Shown: positions 63,460 to 64,000 of the stretch, one piece after another
Numbering within the stretch: position 1 is the first letter of the stretch
Layout: each line of letters opens with the position of its first letter
Assembly: GCA_938040325.1 (NCBI GenBank)
Contig: CALHXW010000039.1
Coordinates: forward strand, 13,513 to 77,512
From: an uncultured bacterium
GTDB lineage: Bacteria > Myxococcota_A > UBA9042 > PHBI01
Direction of reading: 5' to 3'
DNA length: 64,000 bases
The notes under the pieces: model-generated
Seen by the model: the letters and a program-made list of their open reading frames with translations, nothing else
What the model was told of the DNA's origin: nothing
Databases searched by the model: none
Translations under genes and position numbers: made by a program

Positions 63460-64000
63460 GGGCAGCTCCCAGCCGGACACATGGCAGCCAGCGACTCGGT
63501 GGTCGGCGCGTCCGTTCGAGTCAGCCAGTAGTACTCGGCGATGCCGTCGTCGCCGGGCTGCGGGTCGCTGATCATCTGAAGCGTGTCTTGAAACACAATG
63601 AAGGTGAAGCTCGTGCTGCTGGTGCAACCGTTGAGCAGGATCCGGCCTTGGGTAGCCGTGCGGCAGGTCAGGCTCCACGAGCCGCCGTCGCAGGTATCGC
63701 CGCCCTCGACACTCCGCAGCATCGTGCCGTCGGCGTTGAGCACCAAGCCGTTGACGAAGCCGGGGAGGACGTCGTCTGCGACCCAGTGGACGCCAGTGAC
63801 CGTCGCCGCGACGGCGGCGTCTTCACACGGCGGGACGCGCACGGTACCGCCGCTGCAGTCGCAGCCTTGAGCGACCTCCGGAAACGCTTGGCAGGAGGCC
63901 GCATTCACGGTGTCACAGGCAGCGTCTTCCAGCGCTTCAGCCCGGTCTTGAAGCGAGACGCTCTCGTGACAGCGGCGGCTACACAGCTCCGAGAACGCCG
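63456..64000 (-). CDS. Cys-rich protein, paralog of the neighbour, 5' end outside the window
   Basis: Frame open to the window end; shares Cys spacing, GVHW, LNGC and AAMCPAG.C terminus. Confidence 0.65.
   Translation of the reverse strand, partial: AFSELCSRRCHESVSLQDRAEALEDAACDTVNAASCQAFPEVAQGCDCSGGTVRVPPCEDAAVAATVTGVHWVADDVLPGFVNGLVLNADGTMLRSVEGGDTCDGGSWSLTCRTATQGRILLNGCTSSTSFTFIVFQDTLQMISDPQPGDDGIAEYYWLTRTDAPTTESLAAMCPAGSCP

Overview
High-GC chromosomal window, most likely from a Myxococcota-type deltaproteobacterium (inferred from six Hanks-type Ser/Thr kinase genes, PEGA/TPR and Cys-rich lipoproteins, and a kinase-fused sigma54 activator). Housekeeping genes: gcvPA-gcvH-gcvT, folD, tpm, tpx, a YciO/Sua5-family gene, galT-like plus GH57, rpmB, fdhD-mobA-YdeP-type molybdoenzyme, fbaB and cls. 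I found no rRNA, tRNA, CRISPR array, transposase or integrase. Signals the ORF track misses: (1) a split AhpC/TSA ORF that is one UGA-readthrough selenoprotein (W-U-P-F-C, lipoprotein signal, perfect SECIS-like hairpin); (2) a dispersed family of roughly 60-135 bp palindromic intergenic elements with arms CTAGCAGCGTTGCCGGG...AAACCGCA.T.CCCGGCAACGCTGCTAG and variable internal hairpins, often starting exactly on gene stop codons, plus a second CTAG-bounded element and a CTAG multiplet at other stop codons; (3) a complete-looking sigma54 promoter (phased 10-bp repeats, IHF-like site, -24/-12 box); (4) two genes that seem to need non-canonical AUA/AUC starts; (5) kinases carrying degenerate cyclase or pseudokinase modules. 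All family assignments are by eye from motifs; no database searches were run.
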